Part shown: piece by piece, positions 1-9,218 of the stretch
Layout of the letters: the number at the start of each line of letters is the position of its first letter
How positions within the stretch are numbered: position 1 is the stretch's first letter
Source of the DNA: Elusimicrobiota bacterium
GTDB lineage: Bacteria; Elusimicrobiota; Elusimicrobia; Elusimicrobiales; UBA9959
Length of the DNA stretch: 20,443 bases
Direction: 5' to 3'
NCBI GenBank assembly: GCA_037137395.1
Contig: JBAXKK010000045.1
Span: 1-20,443 of the forward strand
Position numbers and translations under genes: made by a program
Notes under the pieces: model-generated
Told to the model about the DNA's origin: nothing
The model's database searches: none
What the model saw: the letters and a program-made list of their open reading frames with translations, nothing else

Positions 1-170
1 AAAAGCGCAAGTCACATACAAAGACGATTTTGCGCGCCCATATCTCAACGGATAGGGTGGACTATACGGCAGTCTTGCGGGGCCCGTGGACACAATTTAG
101 CGTTACTGCGTAACAAAAAGCGCAAGTCACATACAAAGACGATTTTGCGCGCCCATATCTCAACGGATAG
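1..170. repeat. Exact 55-bp direct repeat, two copies (1..55 and 116..170); may extend beyond the left window edge
   Basis: AAAAGCGCAAGTCACATACAAAGACGATTTTGCGCGCCCATATCTCAACGGATAG occurs at 1..55 and 116..170; the copies diverge at the next base (G vs A). Confidence 0.97.
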
Positions 171-186
171 AGTCCTAGCCTGCGAA
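149..186 (+). pseudogene. Degenerate 5' half of a tRNA-Arg (anticodon GCG), truncated at the anticodon loop; att-site-like fragment
   Basis: GCGCCCA-TA-TCTC-AACGGATA-GAGT-C-CTAGC-CTGCGAA maps onto tRNA positions 1-38 (acceptor 5' strand, D arm with GG, anticodon 5' strand, 7-nt loop CT-GCG-AA). The following ACCAT cannot pair with CTAGC and there is no T arm. Position 10 is T instead of the usual G. Confidence 0.7.
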
Positions 187-261
187 ACCATCAATTCCCC
201 AATGAAAATTCGGCTTCCCCTATGGAAGACCCTGTTGCAGTATGATGGGATATGACCGTTT

Positions 262-292
262 TGGACACCCGATGGACACCTATATGGACACC
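262..292 (+). repeat. Three TGGACACC direct repeats (262..269, 273..280, 285..292), candidate integrase arm-type sites
   Basis: Repeats seen directly with 11-12 bp period; a fourth TGGACAC at 87..93 lies on the other side of the tRNA fragment. The arm-site role is inference. Confidence 0.65.
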
Positions 293-371
293 AAAGAAGT
301 GAGTTAATCCTAAAGTAATCCGCCCCGAACTTTTTGGGGTTTCAAACGCTCATCATCCGGCACAAAGCCTT

Positions 372-701
372 TTAGCAGGGTATTCCAGGAATTTCCTTAA
401 ATTCCGACCCACAGGCCGGGCAGCGCCAGTAGCCGGCGCGGCACTTGACACTCTTAAAGCGCAAACCGGTATCATGATCGCGGTCGGATGGGACTGTAAC
501 CAAAAGCATACCGGTTGCAGCGACATCCTCTTGAAGATCACACTTCGGGCAAGTCAGGAGCTCTCGCTCATTTGTGAAAATCCCCAATTTTGCGGCAGCT
601 TTGCTGATCTTGGCCAATTCCCGACACAACGGCAATAACTTTTTAACTGCGGAATCGATGTCCCGCCTCACAACTTTTCCCGCAGCATGTTTTTTACGCA
701 T
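372..701 (-). CDS. Small hypothetical protein with two CxxC pairs (Zn-ribbon-like)
   Basis: 109-aa ORF with CPKC and CPACG; overlaps the upstream ORF by 8 bp. Confidence 0.7.
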   Translation of the reverse strand: MRKKHAAGKVVRRDIDSAVKKLLPLCRELAKISKAAAKLGIFTNERELLTCPKCDLQEDVAATGMLLVTVPSDRDHDTGLRFKSVKCRAGYWRCPACGSEFKEIPGIPC

Positions 702-1143
702 TAGATTTAACGCGGGTTGGTTTCACCGCAACAGTCGAAATCGCGGCAAGGGGCTCATTTTTGCTGAGCTGCCTGGGTGTGTCATAACGCACCCCTTTCC
801 ATACCGTAGCTTGTGGATCGCAATCCCAGGCCAGGCGGTGACGAATGCTTTGATGTAAGTCATAAAGAACACGGTAGTCATCGTCTACCGACTTAGAAGA
901 GATGCCAGGCGAGGAATTGAGCGAGCCGTTTTTGATCAGACGCAAACTGTCAATATGTGAACGGGCCTCCTCCATGCTTCCGCCCCTGGACCAGAAAAAG
1001 CGAGCCAGCTCTTCAAATTGGCCCATGCCAAGCCGGGCATTAAGATCAACTGCGTCGGAAATAAGTTGAGCCTGCCGTTCTGATATTGTTAACACATATT
1101 GTCGGATGCCCGCTTTGTTTGAAACTATTTTTGTTTTACCCAT
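694..1143 (-). CDS. Hypothetical protein, possibly phage/mobile-element derived
   Basis: 149-aa ORF with GAGGT RBS just upstream of the ATG; coupled to the 372..701 ORF. No motif recognised with certainty. Confidence 0.75.
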   Translation of the reverse strand: MGKTKIVSNKAGIRQYVLTISERQAQLISDAVDLNARLGMGQFEELARFFWSRGGSMEEARSHIDSLRLIKNGSLNSSPGISSKSVDDDYRVLYDLHQSIRHRLAWDCDPQATVWKGVRYDTPRQLSKNEPLAAISTVAVKPTRVKSNA

Positions 1144-1266
1144 TGTTTACCTCATATTGTTTTGACATCGGCCTGGGTGGCAGGCCGCCGGGGTTGGAAA
1201 TATTCACCCTGTCGTCAAAAATATTCACATAAATGCTTGTACCGCGCATAGCTTTGTAAAGTGTCA

Positions 1267-2580
1267 TCATTTACACATATGGCACAGAGACCGCCATAAG
1301 CCTTTAATTCGACTAAATATGCCAGGATTAGGAAACTCCCCATGTATCGCCAAAACTGTTTCCTTAACATCTTGCGGAAGTTCTGAAACAACCCCATTAA
1401 GGTATGAAACAAACTCATCGAAACAATTCGGGGAAAAGAATTTTGTTTTTAGCTTGAGACAGTCTTTCACTGGGTTAGTAGTAAGAAGGCTCCGCATCCC
1501 GTCATCAATAAGCATCGCATCACAGTAAGGGGCGTAATGGCTTATGATTGGAACATCATTGTAGTCACTAGCCTTCACTACGGCCTCCCCTAGTCCAACC
1601 CTTCGTGCCAACCCAGCCCATAAAGCACTGTTAATTCGCACATAATCAACCCCAAAAAATTCCTGTGATTTCAAGAACTCCACAATATTTTTCCACTTCT
1701 CCGCCTCATCCGCCCCTCTATCACTGAAAAATTTAAGAATATATGCCGCTTGGTCAGCGAAGGGACTTCCTTCCATTTTTGCAGTAATCATTTCCATTGG
1801 GGTCTTGCAGGCCATGAGTTTTGCTATATCGTTCGTATAGATCTTCATCATGTTGACCCCAACTTGCTGTGCCTCTAACAGGTATTGTTCTTTAAAGGAC
1901 TTCTTAGATGCCTTAAAATTAGCGTTAAGATCATACATCCTTGCGCTTATCTGAGTCTTAACTTTACGAGCCGTAGTCTCAACTTCTCGTGCTGTTTCGG
2001 TATTGAACGTAAAGTATATATCGCTTGTCCAGACATGTGGATCTCTCTGTAAGACATCCTCCCATTTAGCCGATATAGTTTCTTCTGGTTTTCCCACAAA
2101 CTGCTTTAACGCTCGCGCAATCTGCGTCATTTCAACACAAACCGTCGGCAGAAATATTTCGCCTTGTGCGAACCGCTTGTAAGTGTGTTTTAATTCCTTC
2201 GCTAGATTCTTTTCCAGTGAGGATTCTCCCTCGTGGAATTCCGAATATGGACAGACTATTGCTTCCATATGCAAAGCATGCTCTAAGGCGCGCTTAACAG
2301 CCGGCCATTTTTTATGGGCTCGACCAACTTTCTCCTTCACATCAAAACTAATAGCGTACTGATCTATATAAACTAATTTTTTACTTGGTTTCGGAAGATT
2401 GAAAGTCTGCGAAAAATCACAATCATTACACCGACGCATATAATGTACTCCGCCGACATTAAGAACGCCAAATGCTCGACTTTTACATTTTGGGCATTGT
2501 GAAAATGGAGCCCGTGATTTAAAGTAATACTTACCCATAAAATCCTTGGCTACAGTGGCAGCATCCCAGGCTATTGCCAA
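1267..2580 (-). CDS. Zn-ribbon plus PIN-like domain protein (putative ribonuclease)
   Basis: 437 aa. N-terminal CPKC...CNDC, then VYIDQ (PIN-like first-strand Asp), HEGE and C-terminal DYND...YCDAMLIDD acidic cluster. The start overlaps the M48 gene stop. Confidence 0.55.
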   Translation of the reverse strand: MAIAWDAATVAKDFMGKYYFKSRAPFSQCPKCKSRAFGVLNVGGVHYMRRCNDCDFSQTFNLPKPSKKLVYIDQYAISFDVKEKVGRAHKKWPAVKRALEHALHMEAIVCPYSEFHEGESSLEKNLAKELKHTYKRFAQGEIFLPTVCVEMTQIARALKQFVGKPEETISAKWEDVLQRDPHVWTSDIYFTFNTETAREVETTARKVKTQISARMYDLNANFKASKKSFKEQYLLEAQQVGVNMMKIYTNDIAKLMACKTPMEMITAKMEGSPFADQAAYILKFFSDRGADEAEKWKNIVEFLKSQEFFGVDYVRINSALWAGLARRVGLGEAVVKASDYNDVPIISHYAPYCDAMLIDDGMRSLLTTNPVKDCLKLKTKFFSPNCFDEFVSYLNGVVSELPQDVKETVLAIHGEFPNPGIFSRIKGLWRSLCHMCK

Positions 2581-3308
2581 TCAGCCATCAAAAAAACAGC
2601 GGGGCCGTGCTGGCGCAGCCAGGCGCGGCGGTTTTCGTAGTCGGGGAGGACGGATTTAACAATGCTCCAGAATTTAAGGGAATGGTCATGAACCTTTAAA
2701 TGGCAAAGCTCGTGGACAATAACATATTCAATAACTGCCGGCGGCATCATGGCAAGACGCCAGTTAATGCGTATATCACCTTTGCGCGAACAGCTCCCCC
2801 AGCGCTTCTTTTGGTCTACGACAGTAACTCTGCCGGATTTAACGGCCAAAGCGCTGGAATGCTTGCGGACAAAAGCGGCAGTCCGCAGTTCTGTGTGCTT
2901 GGCGTATAAATTGCGTATGGCCTCGGAAGCGGCGGCCTTAAATTCCGCGCCCGTTTGACCATTCAGGGAAAGTTTGAGTCGCCCTGATTCCACTTTACAC
3001 TTCGGAGTTTTCAGGTCAGCAACATGCTGCAACCTAAGCCTCAAGTTGCGGCCTAAGAATTGGAAAGATTCTCCGTTTTTAAATTCTTTGGGCGGATACA
3101 GGATCAAAAGCTGTTCAAAATACTTTTGCTTCTCTACAATCCAGGCAGACCTCTTGCCGACAAACTGCTCAACCGTGCTCTTTGTCACAAACCTGGGCGC
3201 CCGCACCGTTACACTCCCGTCCCGGTTCACACGCAGACAGATACTCTTACTCCCTTTTGAAGAGAGCAGGCTGTAGCTAACACGAGGCTCTGCGACTATA
3301 GCAGTCAT
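2571..3308 (-). CDS. M48/YgjP (DUF45)-family metallopeptidase-like protein
   Basis: 245 aa with KRWGSCS and YVIVHELCH...HDHSLKFW (HExxH); the family is typically found directly after hsdR. Confidence 0.92.
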   Translation of the reverse strand: MTAIVAEPRVSYSLLSSKGSKSICLRVNRDGSVTVRAPRFVTKSTVEQFVGKRSAWIVEKQKYFEQLLILYPPKEFKNGESFQFLGRNLRLRLQHVADLKTPKCKVESGRLKLSLNGQTGAEFKAAASEAIRNLYAKHTELRTAAFVRKHSSALAVKSGRVTVVDQKKRWGSCSRKGDIRINWRLAMMPPAVIEYVIVHELCHLKVHDHSLKFWSIVKSVLPDYENRRAWLRQHGPAVFLMADWQ

Positions 3309-3310
3309 AA

Positions 3311-6300
3311 TTACCGTTTAACCCATTGCTGCGCCAGTTCTATTAATTCCCTGGTCAGGGCAGGCAACTTATCTTCGTCACAACCTTTACGCCTTAGCAG
3401 GCGCTTTATTTCACGGCGCATTTCTTTTTGAATATCTTCGCGCTCATCCCACTCTGCCACGGCGCGGTCTTCAATAAGAGCGATAACCTCTTTGGCAAGG
3501 GCGGCGCGGTCTTCTTTCTTTAACGCGGGCAGGTCTTCAGAACGGTCAATAAGCCCGAAGAAGGCGAATTCTTTGCCGCCTGCCAGGCCGAGTTTTTTTG
3601 CAGCCTCGTCTTTATGGTCCTCGGCTTCCTTTATCTGCATAAGAGACAAGAGGAACTCCGCGTCGTCATGGCGTTCTTTGCTGTTGGCCACAATGACATC
3701 CTCAAGCTGCTTTTGAAGTGTGCCATAAAAAGCGGGATTCTCAGCGGCGGCGCTGTGCAGAGTATCGCGCAAGGCATATTCAAGGTGCACTGCTTTGGCC
3801 TTATCCGAGCCTTTGGCCTCAAGCTGCTGGGCAAAGTCCGGCGCGGTAATAGTAATTGGCTTTAAAAGCTCCTCTATTTTTTCAGCCGCTATATGGGCGT
3901 GTATCAACGCCTCTACCTTGGCGCTCAAATCCTCGGATTTCAGGCGCTCATCACGGTACAGATTTTTTGCACCCTCACGGATAGCCCCAAGGAACTTAAA
4001 ATCCTTAAGAAAAGGCTCAACGCGCAGGTCCGGCATTAAGAAGTCCATGCTTTTAACCATGTCCCGGTAGGCCTTATCAAAGTCGCCTCTTATTGTGGGC
4101 GGCCTTAATACCTCAAGGCATTTTTGGATTATGGTCCGGGGCTCTTCATCAAAAGAGATGCCCGCAAAGAACTTCATCGATAGCTTGTGGTGAAGCGCAA
4201 GCTGTTTTAATTCGCGCTCCACATCGTCTGTATGGAACAGGCCTGCCAGGTCTTCGGCGCTGAATTTTTTCAAAGCGGTGGCCAATTCCGAGCCGATGCC
4301 CACATAGTCCACTATAAGACCGTAGTTCTTGCACGGATACACGCGGTTGGTACGGGCCACAGCCTGCAGCAGGCTATGTTCTATCAACCGCTGGTCCAGG
4401 TACATGACCTGCAGGACCGGCGCATCAAAACCGGTCAGGAGTTTGTCGCAAACAATAAGAAACGATAATGAATCCTTCGGGTCTTTGAAACGCTCTTTGA
4501 TTATTTCCTCGTCGCGGCTTGAAAGACAATATTTCTGTTTCCAGTCCTCGGGGTCTTCGCGGTCGTTGGTGGTCATTACCACGGCCGAGAATTCGGGCGG
4601 CACAAGCTTATCCATGGCCTTTTTATAAAGATCCGCGGCCGCCCTGTTTTTAGCAACTATCATGGCTTTAAGGCCGTTGGGGCGTATGGCCTGGTGATAA
4701 TGCTCGACTATGTCCATCGCCACGCGCTCTATTCTTTGCGGAGCGCCGGATAGCACTTCCATGCTGGCGTATTGTTTCCTGATCTTGGCCAGTTCTTTTT
4801 TATCCTTGTCCGGGAACATGCCGGCCAGCAAGGCGTCAATTGAACCGCCCACCAGATGCAGCGAGGGCAACCGGCTCATGTATTTTATAGGCTTAGTGGC
4901 GCCATCAGCCTCGGCTTCCATAATGCCATAGCGGTGCATATAGTTCTCGCCGCTGGGGCTGAACAGTTTGTAAGTGTTACGGTCCTCTTTATCCAAAGGT
5001 GTGCCGGTAAAAGCGAAGAAGGCGGCATTAGGCAGGGCTTTGCGCAGATTGAAAGCGAAATTGCCGTACTGGGTGCGGTGGGCCTCATCGGTTAGCACAA
5101 TAATATTGTCGGCGATGGAAAGTGGTTTATCCAACGGTGTGCGAAATTTCTGTACTGTAGTCATTATGGTGCGGCCAACGTTCTCTGAAAGCATCTTGTA
5201 AAGGTCCTGTCCGCTTTCAGCGCGGACGGGGTTAGGGAAGCCGCAGTCATGGAAGGTGCCCGCGATCTGCTTATCAAGGTCGGTGCGGTCGGTCACAACA
5301 AGGAAATAGGGATTTTTAAGTTTTGCCTCTTCGCGCCTGAGTTTAAGGGCGGCAAAAAGCATTGTTAAGGATTTACCCGAACCCTGCCAATGCCAGATGA
5401 TGCCTTTTTTGTCTTTTTCGGTAAGCACTCTCGCGGCCAGTTTCTGCACCGCGGCAAACTGCTGGTAGCGACAGATCTTCTTTTTTACTTTGCCGTCGCC
5501 GCTTTCAAAAACCGTGAAGTTCCGTATAATGTCCAGGAAATTGCGCTTATTGAAAAGAGCGGCTATCGTAACATCCTGCGGCGCAGGGGTATGGGGCAAA
5601 TCTTTCTCATCCAGAAGGCCGAGGGCTTTCATCTCCAGTATGGTCGGATGCTGTGTGAGGATAGGCAGCTTTTCTTCCGGCTTAGCCTTCCATTCATGAA
5701 AACTGTCGTAATCGGAACCTATTACGCCGTACTTGGCGCCCAGTAGGTTGGCGCCCAGCAGTATCTGGTTGGTTCTAAATAGCGCGGGGATCTCTCTTTG
5801 ATAGCGCAGAAGTTGTTCTATGGCGTCACCCACACCAGTTTCCCGGGCCACAGGGCTTTTACATTCAATAACGGCCAGGGGGATGCCGTTTACAAAAAGG
5901 ACTATGTCGGGGCGGTCCGTGAATTTTGGACCTTTAACCCAAAACTGGCTGACCGCCAGGAACTCATTATTTTTCGGTTCTTTGAAATCTATAAATTTGA
6001 TCGTGACGGCTCTGCGCCCTGTGGCGCCTTCCTGGTCTACGGAGATGTTTGAGACAAGGTCTTTATGAAACTCCCTGTTCTCGTCCATAAGGCTGGTGCC
6101 TTGTATATTGGTTATCTGCCTTATGGCTTTTTCTATGGCTATTTCTCCGGCATCTTCATTTAATTCCTTAAGCTTGGCCCGTAGCCGCTCCACCAGAATA
6201 ACATCGCGCCGTGAAACACGCGAACATTCTTCGGTTTCCTGCGGGTCCAGCTTGTCGCCGGTTATAATTTCATACCCCATCCGCCTTAGCTGCTCAATAG

Positions 6301-6346
6301 CCGGCTTTTCTGAAAGAGTATCTTCGTTGAATTTAGGTGTGATCAT
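3311..6346 (-). CDS. hsdR: Type I restriction enzyme R subunit
   Basis: 1011 aa. Nuclease motif RPDIVLFVNGIPLAVIECK, Walker A WHWQGSGKS, DEAHR box, FTGTP, LLTGFDAP, LLQAVARTNR. Confidence 0.97.
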   Translation of the reverse strand: MITPKFNEDTLSEKPAIEQLRRMGYEIITGDKLDPQETEECSRVSRRDVILVERLRAKLKELNEDAGEIAIEKAIRQITNIQGTSLMDENREFHKDLVSNISVDQEGATGRRAVTIKFIDFKEPKNNEFLAVSQFWVKGPKFTDRPDIVLFVNGIPLAVIECKSPVARETGVGDAIEQLLRYQREIPALFRTNQILLGANLLGAKYGVIGSDYDSFHEWKAKPEEKLPILTQHPTILEMKALGLLDEKDLPHTPAPQDVTIAALFNKRNFLDIIRNFTVFESGDGKVKKKICRYQQFAAVQKLAARVLTEKDKKGIIWHWQGSGKSLTMLFAALKLRREEAKLKNPYFLVVTDRTDLDKQIAGTFHDCGFPNPVRAESGQDLYKMLSENVGRTIMTTVQKFRTPLDKPLSIADNIIVLTDEAHRTQYGNFAFNLRKALPNAAFFAFTGTPLDKEDRNTYKLFSPSGENYMHRYGIMEAEADGATKPIKYMSRLPSLHLVGGSIDALLAGMFPDKDKKELAKIRKQYASMEVLSGAPQRIERVAMDIVEHYHQAIRPNGLKAMIVAKNRAAADLYKKAMDKLVPPEFSAVVMTTNDREDPEDWKQKYCLSSRDEEIIKERFKDPKDSLSFLIVCDKLLTGFDAPVLQVMYLDQRLIEHSLLQAVARTNRVYPCKNYGLIVDYVGIGSELATALKKFSAEDLAGLFHTDDVERELKQLALHHKLSMKFFAGISFDEEPRTIIQKCLEVLRPPTIRGDFDKAYRDMVKSMDFLMPDLRVEPFLKDFKFLGAIREGAKNLYRDERLKSEDLSAKVEALIHAHIAAEKIEELLKPITITAPDFAQQLEAKGSDKAKAVHLEYALRDTLHSAAAENPAFYGTLQKQLEDVIVANSKERHDDAEFLLSLMQIKEAEDHKDEAAKKLGLAGGKEFAFFGLIDRSEDLPALKKEDRAALAKEVIALIEDRAVAEWDEREDIQKEMRREIKRLLRRKGCDEDKLPALTRELIELAQQWVKR

Positions 6347-7221
6347 ACAAATTTACAGCTCCTGGGCTTTGGGGCTTTTGAAGTTTCAAATCTAAAATCT
6401 GTCAGCAGGAGGTTGGCCTCAACCGCTAAATGCTTACACATCATTTTGATCGTATCCACAGCCTCGTGGTTCTTTGGTATTCCATTAACAATTTCCAATG
6501 CCTTTTCTGCGTCTGGCGCGGAAGCACACTTGAAAACCTCTTGTTGTGTTTTGCTTGTTTTGGCGCCTACGGTGTAACTATCGTATCGGATCCCCTCATC
6601 ATCAAGCCCCATGTGGCGTTTAAATATCACATAGGCTATTCTTTCATAACTGACCCATGGAACTTTGGGAGTAGCCATGGGAGAAAATGCCTCCATTTTT
6701 AATTCGGTTTTTAGAAGTTCTAAAAGTTCGCTTGAGTATTTTAAGGATTCCTGCTGCATATCCGTGAATTTTTTCCGGAATGCCTCCCATCTTGCTAATA
6801 ACTCTGGATAGTGGACCTCTTTTGCGTCTGCGTAGTAACGCTGAAACCCTTCCGGCTCATGCCAGTACTCTGACTGTAGCGGCCTCCCGGTTGGCCGTTC
6901 AGGAATTCTGGCATGTATTACGAACCTAGTCCCGGCATAAGCATCCTCTGTTATATGTCCTGGATTTTTGGTTATATTCTCCTGAGTAACGCCAATTGGT
7001 GTGTCCTGCACCTCGCATATTGGGAAATAGAAAGCCTTAAGATACTCACAAATTGGCATCAGAATTTCTTTTTTAATTACCTTTGCGTGCTCTTCTTTTC
7101 TTTCCCGCTTATGCCGCAAATGTTCTTTAAAAAGATCGCTCGTAAAACCGAGCACCCAACCCCCGACAGCAGCAACCTCTGCAAGCCAGTTGTTTATCAA
7201 GAAATCCATCGCTTTATCCAT
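6343..7221 (-). CDS. Hypothetical protein with a probable single N-terminal membrane anchor
   Basis: 292 aa. Hydrophobic N-terminus (FLINNWLAEVAAVGGWVLGF) followed by basic KEHLRHKRERK. It starts 3 bp after the cyclase stop and its stop overlaps the hsdR ATG (ATGA). Confidence 0.75.
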   Translation of the reverse strand: MDKAMDFLINNWLAEVAAVGGWVLGFTSDLFKEHLRHKRERKEEHAKVIKKEILMPICEYLKAFYFPICEVQDTPIGVTQENITKNPGHITEDAYAGTRFVIHARIPERPTGRPLQSEYWHEPEGFQRYYADAKEVHYPELLARWEAFRKKFTDMQQESLKYSSELLELLKTELKMEAFSPMATPKVPWVSYERIAYVIFKRHMGLDDEGIRYDSYTVGAKTSKTQQEVFKCASAPDAEKALEIVNGIPKNHEAVDTIKMMCKHLAVEANLLLTDFRFETSKAPKPRSCKFV

Positions 7222-7224
7222 AGG

Positions 7225-8178
7225 TCACCCCTGATATTGATATATCGGGTATATTTTGTCTATTGCCAATTTATACCCCCATCCTTCTGGGAGCGGAACC
7301 GGAACGCATTTTAAGCGCCAATTGGTATGCAGGTTCTGCAACATTATTTGTCCGAGATGAATCCCATTAGGTTGGGCAGTTGCCTGTATCTTCGCTGCCA
7401 AGCTAACAACTGCGCCTATAATGTCCTTGTGTTGTTTTGTAGCTGGGCTGCCCACTGTTTGCACGTAGGCTTCACCAGAGTCTAGACCGATCCGTATTTG
7501 GATAACGGGAAAGCCTAACTTAATTAAACATGAGTTAAGTCCGTCATTTATCAAACGCCGCAATGTTAGAGCACAATCCAGGGCATTGTCGTTTTGTATG
7601 ACAAAGCTCGGTTCTGGGAAATAAGCAATAACCCCGTCGCCAGTATACTTTAAGACATGCCCGTGAAACAACGGAACAATAGAACCGATTTCGTAAAACA
7701 TCGCTGATACCAGTTTATTGTACTTTGCCGGCTCTAATTGTGTAATAAGTTTTGTTGATCCAACAACATCGAGAGAAAGAATAGCGAATCCCAGTTTATC
7801 TTTTTCCAGAGTTCGCAGAAATTCCTCCGATTTGTCTTCAAAAGTGACTTCCGGAATACCATTTGAAATATTTTTCTCTATTTCCGGTATTCGCCGCTGG
7901 ACATACTCCTCAGCCTTCCCTACGAGCTGCTGCTTAAAGTGCATAGGCATTCCCTTCATCTGGCTCGCCATTTGCAGGAGAACGCCTTGAGGAATAATGG
8001 TTTTATCCAATTTATCATACCAACACGCTTTGCCATTAATATTTCTATGCTCATATCGCTTAGGATCAGGAATTAATCGAAATTCAATCATTCCAGTGGA
8101 ATCGTCCGATGAAACAACTTCGATTAGAAAGTCCATTCTGGAATGGTTTAGATAATTTTCATCTTCAGCTGACAACAT
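7225..8178 (-). CDS. Class III adenylate/guanylate cyclase domain protein with an unknown N-terminal domain
   Basis: Motifs AILSLDVVGST, VLKYTGDGVIAYF, IRIGLDSGE and DIIGAVVSLAAKIQ. Start placed at ATG 8178 (AAGGGAG RBS, 1 bp after the upstream stop) rather than 8217. Confidence 0.9.
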   Translation of the reverse strand: MLSAEDENYLNHSRMDFLIEVVSSDDSTGMIEFRLIPDPKRYEHRNINGKACWYDKLDKTIIPQGVLLQMASQMKGMPMHFKQQLVGKAEEYVQRRIPEIEKNISNGIPEVTFEDKSEEFLRTLEKDKLGFAILSLDVVGSTKLITQLEPAKYNKLVSAMFYEIGSIVPLFHGHVLKYTGDGVIAYFPEPSFVIQNDNALDCALTLRRLINDGLNSCLIKLGFPVIQIRIGLDSGEAYVQTVGSPATKQHKDIIGAVVSLAAKIQATAQPNGIHLGQIMLQNLHTNWRLKCVPVPLPEGWGYKLAIDKIYPIYQYQG

Positions 8179-8179
8179 T

Positions 8180-9208
8180 TCATCTCCCTTGCAGGACCTT
8201 CTGCCTGTATGGGTCAAAACCAGGATTTGTATCCAAATATTTCTTTAAGTCATTAAAGGCGACTTCAGAGTATCTATTGATTCGTCCCTTTTTTGAGATT
8301 CTAATCGATTGATGATATCGATCGTTACCTTTAAAATTCAGCTTCTTAAAAGAATATGCCACAAAATTCGGATTCTTCCCGATTTTCACCCCAATATCGC
8401 TAGTTAAGTACGGATAGTCTTTTTCCACCTCGGTTTTCTTAATATGAACTGGAAGGCCGGTTTCAGTTGAACTGCCTTTTCTGAGAATTAAGTCTGCGGT
8501 AAAGTTTTTGGGCGCCTGGACAGGGATAATTCTCACCATTTCCGCATTTTGGATAAATTTTCCGATATGCAAGTGCGACATAATTTTGCGTTTATCTTTG
8601 TATTGGCGCTCGAATTTATCTTGTGATATATATTTTAGGCCGTCAAAAGAAACACCTCTCTCAAGCAACCACACTAGTCGCATGTTTTCTTTGCTTTTTT
8701 TCATTCTGCTCACAACCGACTGAACCTTGTCTGCATATGTCGTTAGATTATCGAAAGAAATAGATAAAAAGTTGTCTACGAGAATCTTCCCCTGTTTTGG
8801 GAATTCTTTTAACACCAGGTCTTTGTAGAATTTAGCGCCGAAGTAGAACAGGTGATATAAAATCTCCGTGGGGATAACAGGCAGGAAACTATGTATAGCC
8901 TGATTCCGCAATGAAATTATTTGCTGAATTGAATCTTCCTGGTTTTCATCGATAAACTTTTCTGCGCATAATTTAGACAAAACATGCTCGGCCGACGAGG
9001 TGTTCCCATTTTTATCCTTAATAATGCTATTTCTGCCGTGCTTTTTAACAAGAATAGCTTTCCCTAATAGTTCCCAGCCATTGGTCATTAAAATTAGGCA
9101 TGTTTCTATTTTATACTTGTCATAAACTCTGTTGAATGACGCAATCGATGACCGCGTTGCGTTTAGAGATTTTCCCAGCAAACATAAATACTCGCGCCGA
9201 CCTTTCAT
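8180..9208 (-). CDS. DUF3644-like protein with a HEPN-type RxxxxH motif (putative RNase)
   Basis: 342 aa. LMTNGWELLGKA and LRNQAIH; C-terminal YPY...YH...RYSE region typical of DUF3644 proteins as recalled; AAGGGG RBS; AT-rich. Confidence 0.7.
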   Translation of the reverse strand: MKGRREYLCLLGKSLNATRSSIASFNRVYDKYKIETCLILMTNGWELLGKAILVKKHGRNSIIKDKNGNTSSAEHVLSKLCAEKFIDENQEDSIQQIISLRNQAIHSFLPVIPTEILYHLFYFGAKFYKDLVLKEFPKQGKILVDNFLSISFDNLTTYADKVQSVVSRMKKSKENMRLVWLLERGVSFDGLKYISQDKFERQYKDKRKIMSHLHIGKFIQNAEMVRIIPVQAPKNFTADLILRKGSSTETGLPVHIKKTEVEKDYPYLTSDIGVKIGKNPNFVAYSFKKLNFKGNDRYHQSIRISKKGRINRYSEVAFNDLKKYLDTNPGFDPYRQKVLQGR

Positions 9209-9218
9209 AATTGCCCCT

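Noticed and set aside
1..170. 55-bp repeat with a 60-bp intervening sequence as a CRISPR array
   Set aside because: Only two copies are visible, the repeat is long and ends in tRNA-like sequence, and there are no cas genes in the window.
149..225. Intact tRNA-Arg gene
   Set aside because: No 3' anticodon-stem strand, T arm (GTTCRA) or acceptor 3' strand follows position 186.
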